Shown here one piece after another: positions 49,216-59,556 of a DNA stretch of 64,000 bases (its first letter is position 1; each line of letters begins with the position of its first letter). Source of the stretch: a bacterium (GTDB lineage: Bacteria > UBA10199 > 2-02-FULL-44-16 > JAAZCA01); the NCBI GenBank assembly GCA_963674695.2, contig CAXXGI010000001.1, positions 970,813-1,034,812 of the forward strand, written 5' to 3'. The notes below the pieces were generated by a model. The model ran no database searches. It worked only from the letters and a program-made list of their open reading frames with translations, and was not told the origin of the DNA. The position numbers were made by a program, and so were the translations under genes.

Positions 49216-52086
49216 TCAATAGATGGAGACCTCTTCGATGAGTCGGGCGAGGTTATACTGCACCTCGATCGGAATACGCTCGAGGCCGCCGAGCACATCG
49301 ACATCTGTCACCACCCCCGTCCGGACATCGATCCCGATGTGAACGATAACCTCATCGTTTCCGCAGGTGAGGATGTCTGCTGTCGGGGCATAGGCACCGA
49401 ACGCGCCGCTGTTGCGATCCATGAGCGCGCAGAACTCCAAGCGATTCGCGACCGGCGTCTCGCCCTGAACGAACATTCGAAACGTCGCATCGCCGAAGAA
49501 TTCCATATTCCGTTCATGCGCCTTGGCAAAGTCTGCCTGCGAATCCCGTTTGACGCTGCCGCGCGCACGCCGATGCACCTCCACCGTGGGACCTGCTTTG
49601 GTCGCAGTTGCCGCCTTGGCATTTGCCGCATCTCCGCCATGATGATGATACGCGGCGATCGTGATGTTATCGGAATTGGTGGAGGGCGTTCGGCTGCGCA
49701 TACGTCGGATCGCGACGACCCGAAGTCGTTCGCAAACCTGTTGGGGAGCCTGCTCCTGGGCGATGACCCCATGAGCCACATCGTGCATCACCGATGCGAT
49801 CACGTCCCGCACTTCCGTGGTCTCGATATTATCCCAGAGTCCATCGGAGGCGAGCAGGACCCAGTCGTTCAGCTCGAGCACCACCTCGCCGGAGAGTTCG
49901 GGCGCATCCGTCAGCACCGATTTGGTAACGATATTGTTGTACGGATGCAAGCGCATCTCGATCGTACTGCGCACCTGCTGCGCGTCGCGCAACTCCTGTA
50001 CGAAGGAGTGATCCTTCGTTCGATGCTTGACCACATAGGAAGCATCTTTCGCCTGGCGCAAGAGCATGCCGCGCGCATCACCGATGTGTGCAAACCGAAC
50101 AACGCCCGCCGCCGGATCGATCTGCGCGGCGACCACCACGGCGTTTGGCGGATGTTGGCGATTCCTTCGCGTCGTAAGCCCGCGCACCATCGGACGCGCA
50201 CGCGCAAAGGCCGCGGTCAAATCGTTGCTCGTTTCGAGGGCCAAGAGCGCCTCCTCGACGAAGACGCGCGAGGCCTCCTCGCCGGCGGCGTGCCCGCCCA
50301 TCCCATCGGCGACAATGATGGCAAAGGGAGCGGGCGCTCCTTCCTGCGCGTGCGCAATGATCGTACCGATACCATCCTCGTTGATCCCATTTGGATTCGA
50401 AAGTTTGGCGACACCCTTGTCGGTGAATCCGTAAAAATCGCCACTCGAGATGCGCTGATGATAGGACCCGTCGCGCCCCCCCAGGATAGAGGCCGAACCG
50501 GCTGCGGGCTTGGTATTCTTCGGCCTGCGTCGCAACAGGCGCACAAAGATTCGCGGGATCGTGACCGACCCACGCTCGCTGGCAAGAGCCGCCGCCACCC
50601 TCTGCGTCAACTCCGCTTGCGTCATCCGCTCGAGCGCCTCCGCCGAAAGGCGCACGATCTGCAAGGCGCCACTGCCGGCGCCGCGCACGGTGAGATAGGC
50701 ACAGGAACCGACGATATCGAGTCCGGAGAGATGATAGCCTGCACGCGCAAGAGTGGCGCCGAGCTTTACCGATGCCGCGAGCGCGATACGCGTGCGCGAT
50801 GCACCCGATGCTGCGAGCCGTCGCAGTGAACCCAGGCCCGCGCGCGCCGCAAGCTCGCCGCGCAGGACGAGCGCCGGCGCTTCGGCGACGAGCAGGACGA
50901 GCGCGCCGGTCATGACGACCTGGCTCACCTCCTGCGACTTATCGCGGGCATATTCCGCCTCGGCTTTGGTGAGTGCATCGGCGTCCGGCGGAAGCGTGTC
51001 CGTCGCCCATCGATAGAGGGCGTGTCCTCCCTGCCAGAGCATGAGCGGGAGGTCGGTGATGATGCGCAGGGCGCCCTTGCCCACCATCGCATTCGTATCG
51101 GCGACCGAGGCATGCCCCATGCCCGTCATCATCGTCCGCTTGGACAGCGCGCGCGCAAGCTCCTCCACGCCCCGGTGAACGGCGGGCGAATCGACATCGA
51201 TCTTCGCGCCCAGGATCTCTTCGTCAATCCCGGTGCGAAAGGCGAAACGCTTGAGGCGCATCACGGCATCGACGAGATCCCCCTCGAGCGCGGCGACGCG
51301 ATCGTGTTTCTGCTCCGGCAGACACCACTCGATGCGACCATCGCTCGTCCAGGACTCGACCATCCCGATTGCCTTCGGATCGATGAGCGGCACCACGATG
51401 TCAGGGGCATCTTCCAACGGCAACTGAATCTGCGTGAGCGTGAGGGCCAACTCGAAGAGCATGGCACTGCGCTGCGAACCGGGCTCGATGCGATCGTCGA
51501 GGAAGTGCCAATAGAGCCCGGATGCCTTGAGCGCGTCTGCCACCCCGTTGTCCTCGAGAGCGATGAGCTCCTCGCTCCCCTCGAGATCGTGCTCGATATA
51601 TTCCTGAAGTTCGGCGGGAACGGACTGGCTAAAGATTGCCTCACGCTGAGAGGAGAGATCGGCACGCGCCTGTGTCGCATCGCGCCCGTTGACGATGGCA
51701 CCGAAGAAGGCGTGCTTGGATGCGCGCAAGGCTTCGAGTCGATCGGAGGTCGCGGCCTCAAGCGAAAAGGCCTGGATCGGTTCCGCTTCAAGTGGACCAA
51801 AGCGATTGGCATTGCTCAAAAGCGCTTCAACGCGATCCGAGAAGAGGGCCTGCGCCTCCGCCGAGAGGTCGAAGCCATCGACGACGCCATCGGGAAGAAC
51901 ATCCGCACCCGTGCGATCCGCCTCGGCGAGCAGCTCCTCGAGCTCACACAGTTGGGCATCGTCGAGCCCGCCCTGGCGTGCCCGATCCATCAGCGCATGA
52001 ATATCGATGCGAAACCCCGCTCCCACGCACAATCCTCCCTGAGGAAAAAAGACCCTCGGGTCAAACCAATGCAAGGAGGGGGCCAA
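49216..52086 (-). CDS. PP2C/PPM Ser/Thr phosphatase domain protein with a long unknown N-terminal region
   Basis: NEDG, VADGMGGH, HIGDAR, TKDHS, ASDGLWD, SDNIT. Confidence 0.85.
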   Translation of the reverse strand: MAPSLHWFDPRVFFPQGGLCVGAGFRIDIHALMDRARQGGLDDAQLCELEELLAEADRTGADVLPDGVVDGFDLSAEAQALFSDRVEALLSNANRFGPLEAEPIQAFSLEAATSDRLEALRASKHAFFGAIVNGRDATQARADLSSQREAIFSQSVPAELQEYIEHDLEGSEELIALEDNGVADALKASGLYWHFLDDRIEPGSQRSAMLFELALTLTQIQLPLEDAPDIVVPLIDPKAIGMVESWTSDGRIEWCLPEQKHDRVAALEGDLVDAVMRLKRFAFRTGIDEEILGAKIDVDSPAVHRGVEELARALSKRTMMTGMGHASVADTNAMVGKGALRIITDLPLMLWQGGHALYRWATDTLPPDADALTKAEAEYARDKSQEVSQVVMTGALVLLVAEAPALVLRGELAARAGLGSLRRLAASGASRTRIALAASVKLGATLARAGYHLSGLDIVGSCAYLTVRGAGSGALQIVRLSAEALERMTQAELTQRVAAALASERGSVTIPRIFVRLLRRRPKNTKPAAGSASILGGRDGSYHQRISSGDFYGFTDKGVAKLSNPNGINEDGIGTIIAHAQEGAPAPFAIIVADGMGGHAAGEEASRVFVEEALLALETSNDLTAAFARARPMVRGLTTRRNRQHPPNAVVVAAQIDPAAGVVRFAHIGDARGMLLRQAKDASYVVKHRTKDHSFVQELRDAQQVRSTIEMRLHPYNNIVTKSVLTDAPELSGEVVLELNDWVLLASDGLWDNIETTEVRDVIASVMHDVAHGVIAQEQAPQQVCERLRVVAIRRMRSRTPSTNSDNITIAAYHHHGGDAANAKAATATKAGPTVEVHRRARGSVKRDSQADFAKAHERNMEFFGDATFRMFVQGETPVANRLEFCALMDRNSGAFGAYAPTADILTCGNDEVIVHIGIDVRTGVVTDVDVLGGLERIPIEVQYNLARLIEEVSIY

Positions 52087-52235
52087 ATGAGCACACCGGA
52101 GGGAAAGAGCTATTCTCTTGATATGATTGAATGTTCAGCGTGTCGCTACAGTGGGACCGCGCGGATCACCCCCCTCTGTCGGGGGGATGAGGCCCCAAAA
52201 AGGCGAGCGCTGGCACCGGCCGATTGGCCGTGAAT

Positions 52236-52712
52236 CTACCGATATTCGAGCCCGATGAGCTCATAGAGGCGCACGCCCTTGGGCGTCTTCACGCGCACCT
52301 CGTCCCCCTCCTCGCGACCGATGAGCGCACGCGCGATGGGGGATTCGATCGAGATCTTCCCCTCCGTCACATCCGCCTCGGCGGTGCCGACGATCATGTA
52401 GGTGACTTCATCACCGGATTCGACGTCGGAGAGGGTCACCGTCGCGCCGAAGACCACCTTTTCCGACTCGATCGTCGCCGGATCGATGACCTGTGCGAGC
52501 GAGAGGCTGTGTTCGATCTCCTGGATCTGACGGGAGATCTGCTGCTGGCGTTCCTTGGCGGCATCGTAGTCCGCGTTCTCCGACAGGTCGCCGTGATCCC
52601 TGGCGGTTTCGATCGCCGCCACATTGCGTGGCCGCTCCACCTGCTTGAGATTCTTGAGTTTTTTCTGAAGTTTGAGTTGCCCCTGGGGGGTCATCGGGAC
52701 GCGCTGTTCCAT
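52236..52712 (-). CDS. greA: Transcription elongation factor GreA
   Basis: ARDHGDLSENADYDAAKE, VVFGATV, ISIESPIARALIG. Confidence 0.97.
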   Translation of the reverse strand: MEQRVPMTPQGQLKLQKKLKNLKQVERPRNVAAIETARDHGDLSENADYDAAKERQQQISRQIQEIEHSLSLAQVIDPATIESEKVVFGATVTLSDVESGDEVTYMIVGTAEADVTEGKISIESPIARALIGREEGDEVRVKTPKGVRLYELIGLEYR

Positions 52713-52850
52713 GGCATGCCTCCTCAAAAATAAGCCGCCCCCCGGATGAGCCGGGGAGCGGACGAGACTGGCTTTTTCTAGCATCCCCCTGGCGACTCCG
52801 TCAAGGGGACAGCGTGGGCAATCGCCGCGCCCCCTCGAAGCAATTCTGAA

Positions 52851-52878
52851 TTGACAGGATCGCCCATTCTGTTATACG
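52851..52878 (+). promoter_or_regulatory. Sigma-70-like promoter
   Basis: TTGACA-N16-TATACG with TGn extension upstream of the 52922 gene. Confidence 0.45.
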
Positions 52879-52921
52879 ACGCGCCCTCATCTACGAGACA
52901 CTAACACCCAGGAGCAAACCC

Positions 52922-54160
52922 ATGACGACACCACTTGGAATGACCGCCCCTATGACCATCGTCCCCGCCGACGTCGCCTTCATGTCGACCCAGCCCGGAT
53001 TCGAGGCCTGGGCACAGGACGTCTATTTCACCGCCATGGAGGAGGGGGTCGACCTCACGCCTGAAATCGCCAGCCAGGCCAACAGCGCCTTCGGTGTGGT
53101 CGAACGCGATGCGGTCCATCTGGCAGGGCTGATCAACCAACCCACAATCGATCCAAACGGCGAGCTCCACCCCGAACGCTGGGGGCTCACATTGCCGTCG
53201 CAGGCAAACGGAAACGGCCATCGCCCCCACGTATCCACCGCGCGCCTCTTCCTCAAGAGCAGCTACATCGGTCCGTGCATTCCCGAAGTGACCGACCAGT
53301 TTTCCACGCGGCAGGAGCGAATCGCTCTCCATCCGCTGTCGCAGACATCGGTCAATGGTGCACAGTATCTCGAAAGCCAAGCGGAGGCGCGCAACAAGCT
53401 CGACGCGATCTGGGCGGCCAACGTCTACAACCCGAACTTTCTCTCGGCCGTTCGCTTCATCGAACGCATGCCCTCCGCCCTGCGCGATGTGGGGTTCGAT
53501 CCCGACGGCCAACACAATGTCATCCGCATCATGCTCGCGGCCGGCGCCCACTTCAGCATGCTTAACGGCATCCCGGAAACGCTGCGCGACGTGGAGACCC
53601 TGAAAAACTTCCGGCGTGTGCAGAATCCGCAGCGCTATGAATCGATGCGCGGCTACGCCCACGTCCATCAAAACGAGGCCTTCACCGCCATCCTCGAACG
53701 CCTCCTGGGTGGTCAGCAAATGAGTTGGGCGGATGTCGCTGAGGCCAGTGCCTTTCGCTTTGCCGATCTGGACGAGAGCCAGCAGGGCAATGAAGCTTAT
53801 GAGAACGCCTTCACCTTCTTCTGGAACTCCGGTTTCAACGTCTACCGCAGCAACGAGCCCATCGCGCACATCCAGTTCGCGCGCTATCTGGCCGACGTCC
53901 TCAAACTCCCGATCATCAAAGGGCGCGGCGTCGACCGCGCCAAGGCCTCCCCGATGCTGCTTGAGATTTGCTCAAGGCTCTCCTTGAACGGCATCGACCC
54001 GAAACGGCGCGACGCCCTCCTCCTGGTCCAGGGCATCCTGGAACGCCTGTGCAATCGTGCGCCGTCCTCGATAACATCACCGGTCACGCCCTGGCCCGTG
54101 CTCAAGGAAGATGCGCTTCGCCAGACGCATGCGCGCCTGTCCTGGCCGACTTCGAAATGA
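52922..54160 (+). CDS. Hypothetical protein
   Basis: 412-aa ORF with AGGAG RBS; no recognised motif. Confidence 0.65.
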   Translation: MTTPLGMTAPMTIVPADVAFMSTQPGFEAWAQDVYFTAMEEGVDLTPEIASQANSAFGVVERDAVHLAGLINQPTIDPNGELHPERWGLTLPSQANGNGHRPHVSTARLFLKSSYIGPCIPEVTDQFSTRQERIALHPLSQTSVNGAQYLESQAEARNKLDAIWAANVYNPNFLSAVRFIERMPSALRDVGFDPDGQHNVIRIMLAAGAHFSMLNGIPETLRDVETLKNFRRVQNPQRYESMRGYAHVHQNEAFTAILERLLGGQQMSWADVAEASAFRFADLDESQQGNEAYENAFTFFWNSGFNVYRSNEPIAHIQFARYLADVLKLPIIKGRGVDRAKASPMLLEICSRLSLNGIDPKRRDALLLVQGILERLCNRAPSSITSPVTPWPVLKEDALRQTHARLSWPTSK

Positions 54161-54189
54161 TGTCATGACCTCTCCGTAAAACAAGGGGT

Positions 54190-54315
54190 TGTCATTCCCG
54201 CCCTTCGACAGAGTTTATCCTGAGCGAGTGAAACAAGTCGAAGGGCTCAGGACAGGCTCCGGGGGGAATCTCGCTTCAATGGCACACCGAGATCCCCGCT
54301 TTCGCGGGGATGACA
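54190..54315. repeat. GTCAT-type REP pair with a nested CCTGAGC-type palindrome
   Basis: GTCATTCCCGC[CCTTCGAC...GTCGAAGGGCTCAGGACAGG]...GATCCCCGCTTTCGCGGGGATGACA. Confidence 0.75.
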
Positions 54316-54431
54316 AAACTGGGCCTCGCCATCAACCACGGCCGCTCGTTTCAAACGAGCGGCCGTTTTATCTGGCATAGCCGGTTTCACCCGTCGTTGA
54401 CAATTCAGGCGCAGGCGATAAGGTGCCGGGC

Positions 54432-54815
54432 ATGGGAGAGCTCATTCCGATCCACGCGCATCGCACGTTCACACAAGAAAACGCTGAAGCCATCCTTCCG
54501 GTCATTCGTCGCATCACCGAACGCGCTTCGGTGAAGATGATCGATCTCAAGGAACAGCTGCAGTGGGTTCCGCGCGACGAACCCCTCTATGAACGATTGC
54601 ACACGCAGATGGAGGACCTCGCCCATCGCTGGGCCGTGCGCATCGCGCAACTCGGCTGCGAGCCGAAGGGGATCTGGGTCGTCAACTTCGATACGGGCAA
54701 CGGGTGGTTCTCCTGGCGTCATGGGGATGAGAGCCTCGTCTTCTTCGATTCCTGCGAATCGATCGATGCGCCCCTGCCCGCCATCACCAGCGACGGCCTC
54801 CCTCTGGAATTATAG
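54432..54815 (+). CDS. DUF2203 family protein
   Basis: FT.E.A..ILP, LG...KGIWVVNF, FSWRHGD. Confidence 0.8.
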   Translation: MGELIPIHAHRTFTQENAEAILPVIRRITERASVKMIDLKEQLQWVPRDEPLYERLHTQMEDLAHRWAVRIAQLGCEPKGIWVVNFDTGNGWFSWRHGDESLVFFDSCESIDAPLPAITSDGLPLEL

Positions 54816-54845
54816 AAACGCTTCCCCCTCTCACAGGAGTTCCGC

Positions 54846-55436
54846 ATGGTGAAACTGGCCATCGTCGAACTGGCCTTCGGGCCGATGATGAATCGCAGCT
54901 ATCTCGTCGCCGATGATGACGCGCACGTCTGCGCCGTCGTCGATCCCTCCTGGGATGCGAAGGGGTTTGTCGATGCCGCACAAGAACACGGATGGGCGAT
55001 CGAAGCGATCCTGCTCACGCACACGCACTTCGATCACATCAACGCCATCGAGGAACTCGCGCGCCTGACGAACGCGCCCATCTCTGTTCATCGCACGGAG
55101 ACGAGCGAACTGCCAAAAAACATAGAGGCACAGCCGACCGACGAGGGGACGACCATCGCGGTAGGCGGACTTCACATCACATGCCTGCATACGCCGGGGC
55201 ATTCCCCCGGCTCACAGTGCTTCCTCGTCGAGGATCACCTCTTCACCGGGGACACGCTCTTCGTCGAGGGGTGTGGGCGCGTCGACCTCCCCGGCGGCAG
55301 TGAAGCCCAGATGCGCACATCGCTTGCGCGCCTGGCCGCGCTTCCGCCGGAGACGATCGTGCATCCCGGTCATCACTATGGCTCGGAGGCGACCTCGACG
55401 ATCGGGGCGGAAAAAGAACGGAATCCCTACCTATGA
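54846..55436 (+). CDS. Metallo-beta-lactamase-fold hydrolase (glyoxalase II-like)
   Basis: THTHFDH, HTPGHSPGS, FTGDTLF, PGH. Confidence 0.92.
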   Translation: MVKLAIVELAFGPMMNRSYLVADDDAHVCAVVDPSWDAKGFVDAAQEHGWAIEAILLTHTHFDHINAIEELARLTNAPISVHRTETSELPKNIEAQPTDEGTTIAVGGLHITCLHTPGHSPGSQCFLVEDHLFTGDTLFVEGCGRVDLPGGSEAQMRTSLARLAALPPETIVHPGHHYGSEATSTIGAEKERNPYL

Positions 55437-57274
55437 GAAAACCATTCCTCGAAATACTTCGCACAGAAGGCATCCTCGCCGACGGCGCGCTCGGAACCGA
55501 AATCTATCGCCGCGGCGTCTTCATCAACCGCTGCTATGATGAGCTCAACCTCACGAACCCCAGGCTGATCAAGGAAGTGCATCGCGACTATATCGCTGCC
55601 GGTGCCATCCTCGTCGAGACCAACACCTTCACGGCCAGCCGTCCCGCACTCGCCGCACACGGACTCGAGGCGAAGACAAAGGCGATCAACCTGGCCGGTG
55701 CCACCATCGCGCGCGAGGTCGCCGGCGATGAGGTCTATGTGGCGGGTTCGATCGGGCCGATCGGCTGGACGAAGAAGGATCGCGGCGGCTTCGCGCCGAG
55801 CGAGATGCACGATGCGCTCGCCGAACAAATCGCCGCACTCGCCGAAGGCGGCGTCGACGCAATCCTGCTGGAGACCTTCACCAACCTCGAAGAATTGCAC
55901 ACCGCCTACCTCGCCGCGCGCGATGCTTGTGCGCTTCCGGTCATCACGCAGGTCTCGGTCAAGCACCTGGGCGAAGGAAACTTCGAAGGCCTGCTGCCGG
56001 AGGACGCCGCGCGCGCGATGGACAGCTGGGGCGCGGACTGCATCGGCGCGAACTGCTGCGACGGTCCGCAGGGTGTGTTCGAAGCGATCAAGCGGATGGC
56101 GGAGGTGACGAAGAAGCCCCTCTCGGCCATGCCGAACGCGGGACTCCCGCAAATGGTCCAGGGGAGGCTTCGCTATCTGGCCAGCCCCGAATACATGGCC
56201 GAATACGCGCGACGCTATGCGCAGGTGGGGGTGGCCCTCATCGGTGGCTGTTGCGGCACAACGCCTGAACACATCCGCGAGATGAAACGGTTCTTGAAAC
56301 CCTTGAAACCAATCGCGCATGGGGAAGAGGCACAGGCCGAGCCCGCGCCCGTCGTCGAGATCTCCACCGTTCCGCCGCAGGACAAGAGCACGTTCGGCTC
56401 GGCGATCATGGAGGGCTTTGCCATCTCGGTCGAGGTCGACCCGCCGCTCGGGCTCGACCCCACCTCGGCCATCGAGGGCGCGCGTCTGCTCAAGGAGATG
56501 GGCATCGACGCGGTCAACATCGCCGACGGACCGCGCGCGATGGCGCGCATGAGCCCGATCGCACTCGCCGTCCTCATCGAACGCGAGGTGGGCATCGAGA
56601 CGGTCGTGCATTACTGCTGCCGAGATCGCAACTTACTCGGCATGCAGATGGATCTCATCGGCGCGGCCGCGCTCGGCCTCAACAACGTGCTGATCATCAC
56701 GGGCGATCCGCCCAAGATGGGACACTATCCGGATGCGACCCCCGTCTTCGACGTCGACTCGATCGGGCTCATCCGCATGGTCGCCAACATGAACGAAGGC
56801 GTCGATTTTTCGGAGCGCCCTATCAAGAACCACACGCGATTTCTGATCGGCTGCGGCGTGAACCCCGGTGCCGTCGATCTCGACCTCGAGGTGGAGCGCT
56901 TCGCCAAGAAGGTTGCCATGGGCGCGGAGTTTGCCTTCTCGCAGCCGATCTATGAGCCGGAACTGCTCGAGGCCTTTTTTGCGCGCACGCAGGAGGTGCG
57001 ACGCATCCCCTTCTTCGTGGGGATCCTCCCGCTGGCGAGCCTTCGCAATGCGGAGTTTTTGCACAACGAAGTCCCCGGCATGCAGGTGCCGGCGGCCATC
57101 ATGAAACAGATGGCGGGGGCCCAGACGCGCGAGGCCCAGCGCGATGTCGGCATGGGTGTCGCCAAGGAGGCGCTCGCTGCCGCGCACGCGATGGATCGCG
57201 TCACCGGCGCCTACATCTTCCCGCCGTTCGGAGATTACAATAAAGTTGCGGAACTGCTGAAGGTGATTCGGTAG
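55433..57274 (+). CDS. yitJ: Bifunctional homocysteine S-methyltransferase / methylenetetrahydrofolate reductase
   Basis: DGALGT, PNAG, GGCCGTTP followed by VEVDPP, NIADGP, CRDRN, ITGDPP, AEFLHNEVPG. Confidence 0.93.
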   Translation: MRKPFLEILRTEGILADGALGTEIYRRGVFINRCYDELNLTNPRLIKEVHRDYIAAGAILVETNTFTASRPALAAHGLEAKTKAINLAGATIAREVAGDEVYVAGSIGPIGWTKKDRGGFAPSEMHDALAEQIAALAEGGVDAILLETFTNLEELHTAYLAARDACALPVITQVSVKHLGEGNFEGLLPEDAARAMDSWGADCIGANCCDGPQGVFEAIKRMAEVTKKPLSAMPNAGLPQMVQGRLRYLASPEYMAEYARRYAQVGVALIGGCCGTTPEHIREMKRFLKPLKPIAHGEEAQAEPAPVVEISTVPPQDKSTFGSAIMEGFAISVEVDPPLGLDPTSAIEGARLLKEMGIDAVNIADGPRAMARMSPIALAVLIEREVGIETVVHYCCRDRNLLGMQMDLIGAAALGLNNVLIITGDPPKMGHYPDATPVFDVDSIGLIRMVANMNEGVDFSERPIKNHTRFLIGCGVNPGAVDLDLEVERFAKKVAMGAEFAFSQPIYEPELLEAFFARTQEVRRIPFFVGILPLASLRNAEFLHNEVPGMQVPAAIMKQMAGAQTREAQRDVGMGVAKEALAAAHAMDRVTGAYIFPPFGDYNKVAELLKVIR

Positions 57275-57349
57275 AATGATTTATCGGTCATGCCCACCAG
57301 TTGATCACAGAATAACGATATGGCGCTATCACCCTATCTGACATCTTGA

Positions 57350-57690
57350 ACCGAAACGGAAAACTGCAAACCGATCGGAAGAAGCCGATTCCGATTGCCG
57401 ATATACCGATAACGGAACCGGATCAGGAGAGCCTCCTGATCCGGTTGTATGCCGCTCGCAGGATCGCCTTGTTCTCCTCCTGTACTCTTGCCGGAATCAA
57501 GGAGAATGCGGCACGATGTGAAATGGAGAGCAAAGAAAGAGCCGATAGGATCAGCAGGATGCTCTACCGGCTCAGGTGAGCCGGCGATCAGGAATCAAAA
57601 AATCAACATCAGGATCATCATCACCATCAGAAGACATTGTGTGTGATGCTATCGCAACCCTCACACCTCTCACACGATCACATCGTAACG
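57350..57690. repeat. Low-complexity intergenic region (CCGAT and AGGATC/ATC units)
   Basis: Imperfect short repeats between convergent yitJ and HAD genes. Confidence 0.5.
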
Positions 57691-57698
57691 ACTGCAAT

Positions 57699-58373
57699 TT
57701 ACCGATCGTTGTCGAGCGTCTCCAGGTCCACCTCGGTCAGCGACGTGGTCACCCAGTCGGCCTCGCGCAGATCCTCGAGCGAGAAGGTGTTTTGCACCGC
57801 AAGGCATTTCAATCCTGCCGCCTTGGCAGCGGCCACACCCTTGGGGGAATCCTCGATGGCGACCACCTCTTCGGGGAGCAATACTCCCTTGGCGCGTTCC
57901 TGCAGCCCTTCGAGCGCGCGGATGTATCCCTCGGGATCGGGCTTTCCCTTCGTGACCGCGTCGGAGGCGATGATGGGCGCAAACAGCTCCATCCATTTCA
58001 GCTGACGCAGCGTGAACTCGATCTCGGTGCGCTGCGCACCGCTGCAGATCGACAGCAAGCGTTTCTCCGCAGCGGCCGGCACGAACGCGCGCACGCCGGG
58101 GAGCACGGGGATGTCGTGTTCGAGCAGACGCAGGGTGATGACGAGTTTCCGCTCGATCAGATCGTTCTTCTCCATCTCGTCGAAATGCCGCCCGTGCAGG
58201 CGCCCTACCGCGTCGAGAAAATCGCGATCGTTGAGTCCCAAATAATGGGCGTGATATTCCTCCGCATCGAAGGTCACCCCAAGGGTTTCGAGCACCTCGA
58301 GCCAGGCATCCATATGGATGGGTTCGGTGTCGGTAATGATGCCGTCGAAGTCGAAGATGAGCGCCTTGATCAT
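57699..58373 (-). CDS. HAD-superfamily phosphatase (beta-PGM/CbbY-like)
   Basis: FDFDGIITDTE, KGKPDPEGY, IEDS..GV.AAKAAG. Confidence 0.93.
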   Translation of the reverse strand: MIKALIFDFDGIITDTEPIHMDAWLEVLETLGVTFDAEEYHAHYLGLNDRDFLDAVGRLHGRHFDEMEKNDLIERKLVITLRLLEHDIPVLPGVRAFVPAAAEKRLLSICSGAQRTEIEFTLRQLKWMELFAPIIASDAVTKGKPDPEGYIRALEGLQERAKGVLLPEEVVAIEDSPKGVAAAKAAGLKCLAVQNTFSLEDLREADWVTTSLTEVDLETLDNDR

Positions 58374-59329
58374 GATGGCTCCTGCTGCGATTTCTGCTCC
58401 GCCTGCTCCGCGCAGGCGGTGAGAAAGCGATCGGCACCGATCGCCCCCATATACCCCTGGGCGACGGCGATGGCCGGATACTGCGGTCGGCCACAGAGCA
58501 CATCCCCGCAGGCGAAGATACCGTCGACGGAGGTCATGTAGCTCTCATCCACCTTGATCAGACCGCCGGTTCCCAGCTCGACCGTCTTCTCCAGAAAAGC
58601 GGTCGTGGGCTTATACTCATAGACATGCGTAATCACACAGGCGACCGGCATCGTCACTTCGCGGCCGCCGGCGAAGAAGTCGATCGACTCGACCACATCG
58701 CCACCGGCGATGCGTTTGAGGCTCGAAGAGAAATGCAGGTCGATCCGCTCGTTCTCCTGCAGCTGCCCGAGGAGTTCGTCGTCGATGTCGAGCTTGCTCG
58801 AAGGGATGATGAAGTGAACACGGTTGGCATGTTCGGCGAGCAGGAGTGCCTCCTCGGAGGCCTGACGCGTCTTGCCGACGACCGCCGCGTCGCTCCCGGC
58901 GAAACGCCGTGCACGCGGGCCAATGGAATACCAGACGCCGCGCTCGAGAAAGGCGCGCTCGCCCTCGAGGTAGTTGGTGCGCACCGATGCCCCCGTCGCG
59001 ACGACCACGGCATCGGCCTCAAAATCTTGTCCGTCCTCGGTGCGCACGCGAAAAGGACGCACATCGGAAGCGATGGCCACGACCGCACCGGAGATGACGT
59101 CGGCGCCGGACGTTTTCGCTTGGGCGTGCATGCGCGCGACAAGCTCCTGACCGGGAATCGATTCGTCCTGGCCCGGGAAATCGCCGACGCGCGCGAGCGC
59201 CCCGATGTGCCCATCGGCGACATCGCGATCGATGAGCAGGGTGCGACGACCGTTGGCCGCTACACATGCGGCAGCGGCGGCACCGGCCGGACCGCCGCCG
59301 ATGATGAGAATATCGTAGGACTGGGACAT
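58370..59329 (-). CDS. Thioredoxin reductase-like flavoprotein lacking CxxC
   Basis: IIGGGPAG, FPG, VVVATGA, GE..F..RGV, TSVDGIFACGD. Confidence 0.85.
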   Translation of the reverse strand: MSQSYDILIIGGGPAGAAAAACVAANGRRTLLIDRDVADGHIGALARVGDFPGQDESIPGQELVARMHAQAKTSGADVISGAVVAIASDVRPFRVRTEDGQDFEADAVVVATGASVRTNYLEGERAFLERGVWYSIGPRARRFAGSDAAVVGKTRQASEEALLLAEHANRVHFIIPSSKLDIDDELLGQLQENERIDLHFSSSLKRIAGGDVVESIDFFAGGREVTMPVACVITHVYEYKPTTAFLEKTVELGTGGLIKVDESYMTSVDGIFACGDVLCGRPQYPAIAVAQGYMGAIGADRFLTACAEQAEQKSQQEPS

Positions 59330-59394
59330 GGGTTGGCACTCCTGTGTTGGGAGGCGATGCTAACCGGGGGGTGGCGTGATGTCAACGGACGAGG

Positions 59395-59553
59395 GATGAA
59401 GGACGAAAGGCGAAGGGAGAAGGGAGAAGGGAGAAGGGAGAAGGGAGAAGGGAGAAAAAGCCTTTTCGCCCCTCACCCTTCGCCCCTCACCCTTCACCCC
59501 TCACCCTTCACCCCTCACCCTTCGCCTTTCGTCCTTCGCCTTTCGTCCTTCGT
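59395..59553. repeat. Inverted purine/pyrimidine 7-mer arrays (GAGAAGG / CCCTTCA-type)
   Basis: Purine tract followed by a complementary pyrimidine tract. Confidence 0.9.
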
Positions 59554-59556
59554 TCT

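Noticed and set aside
52138-52232. GC-rich hairpins downstream of greA as an ncRNA
   Set aside because: Single copy with short stems and no recognisable family; insufficient support
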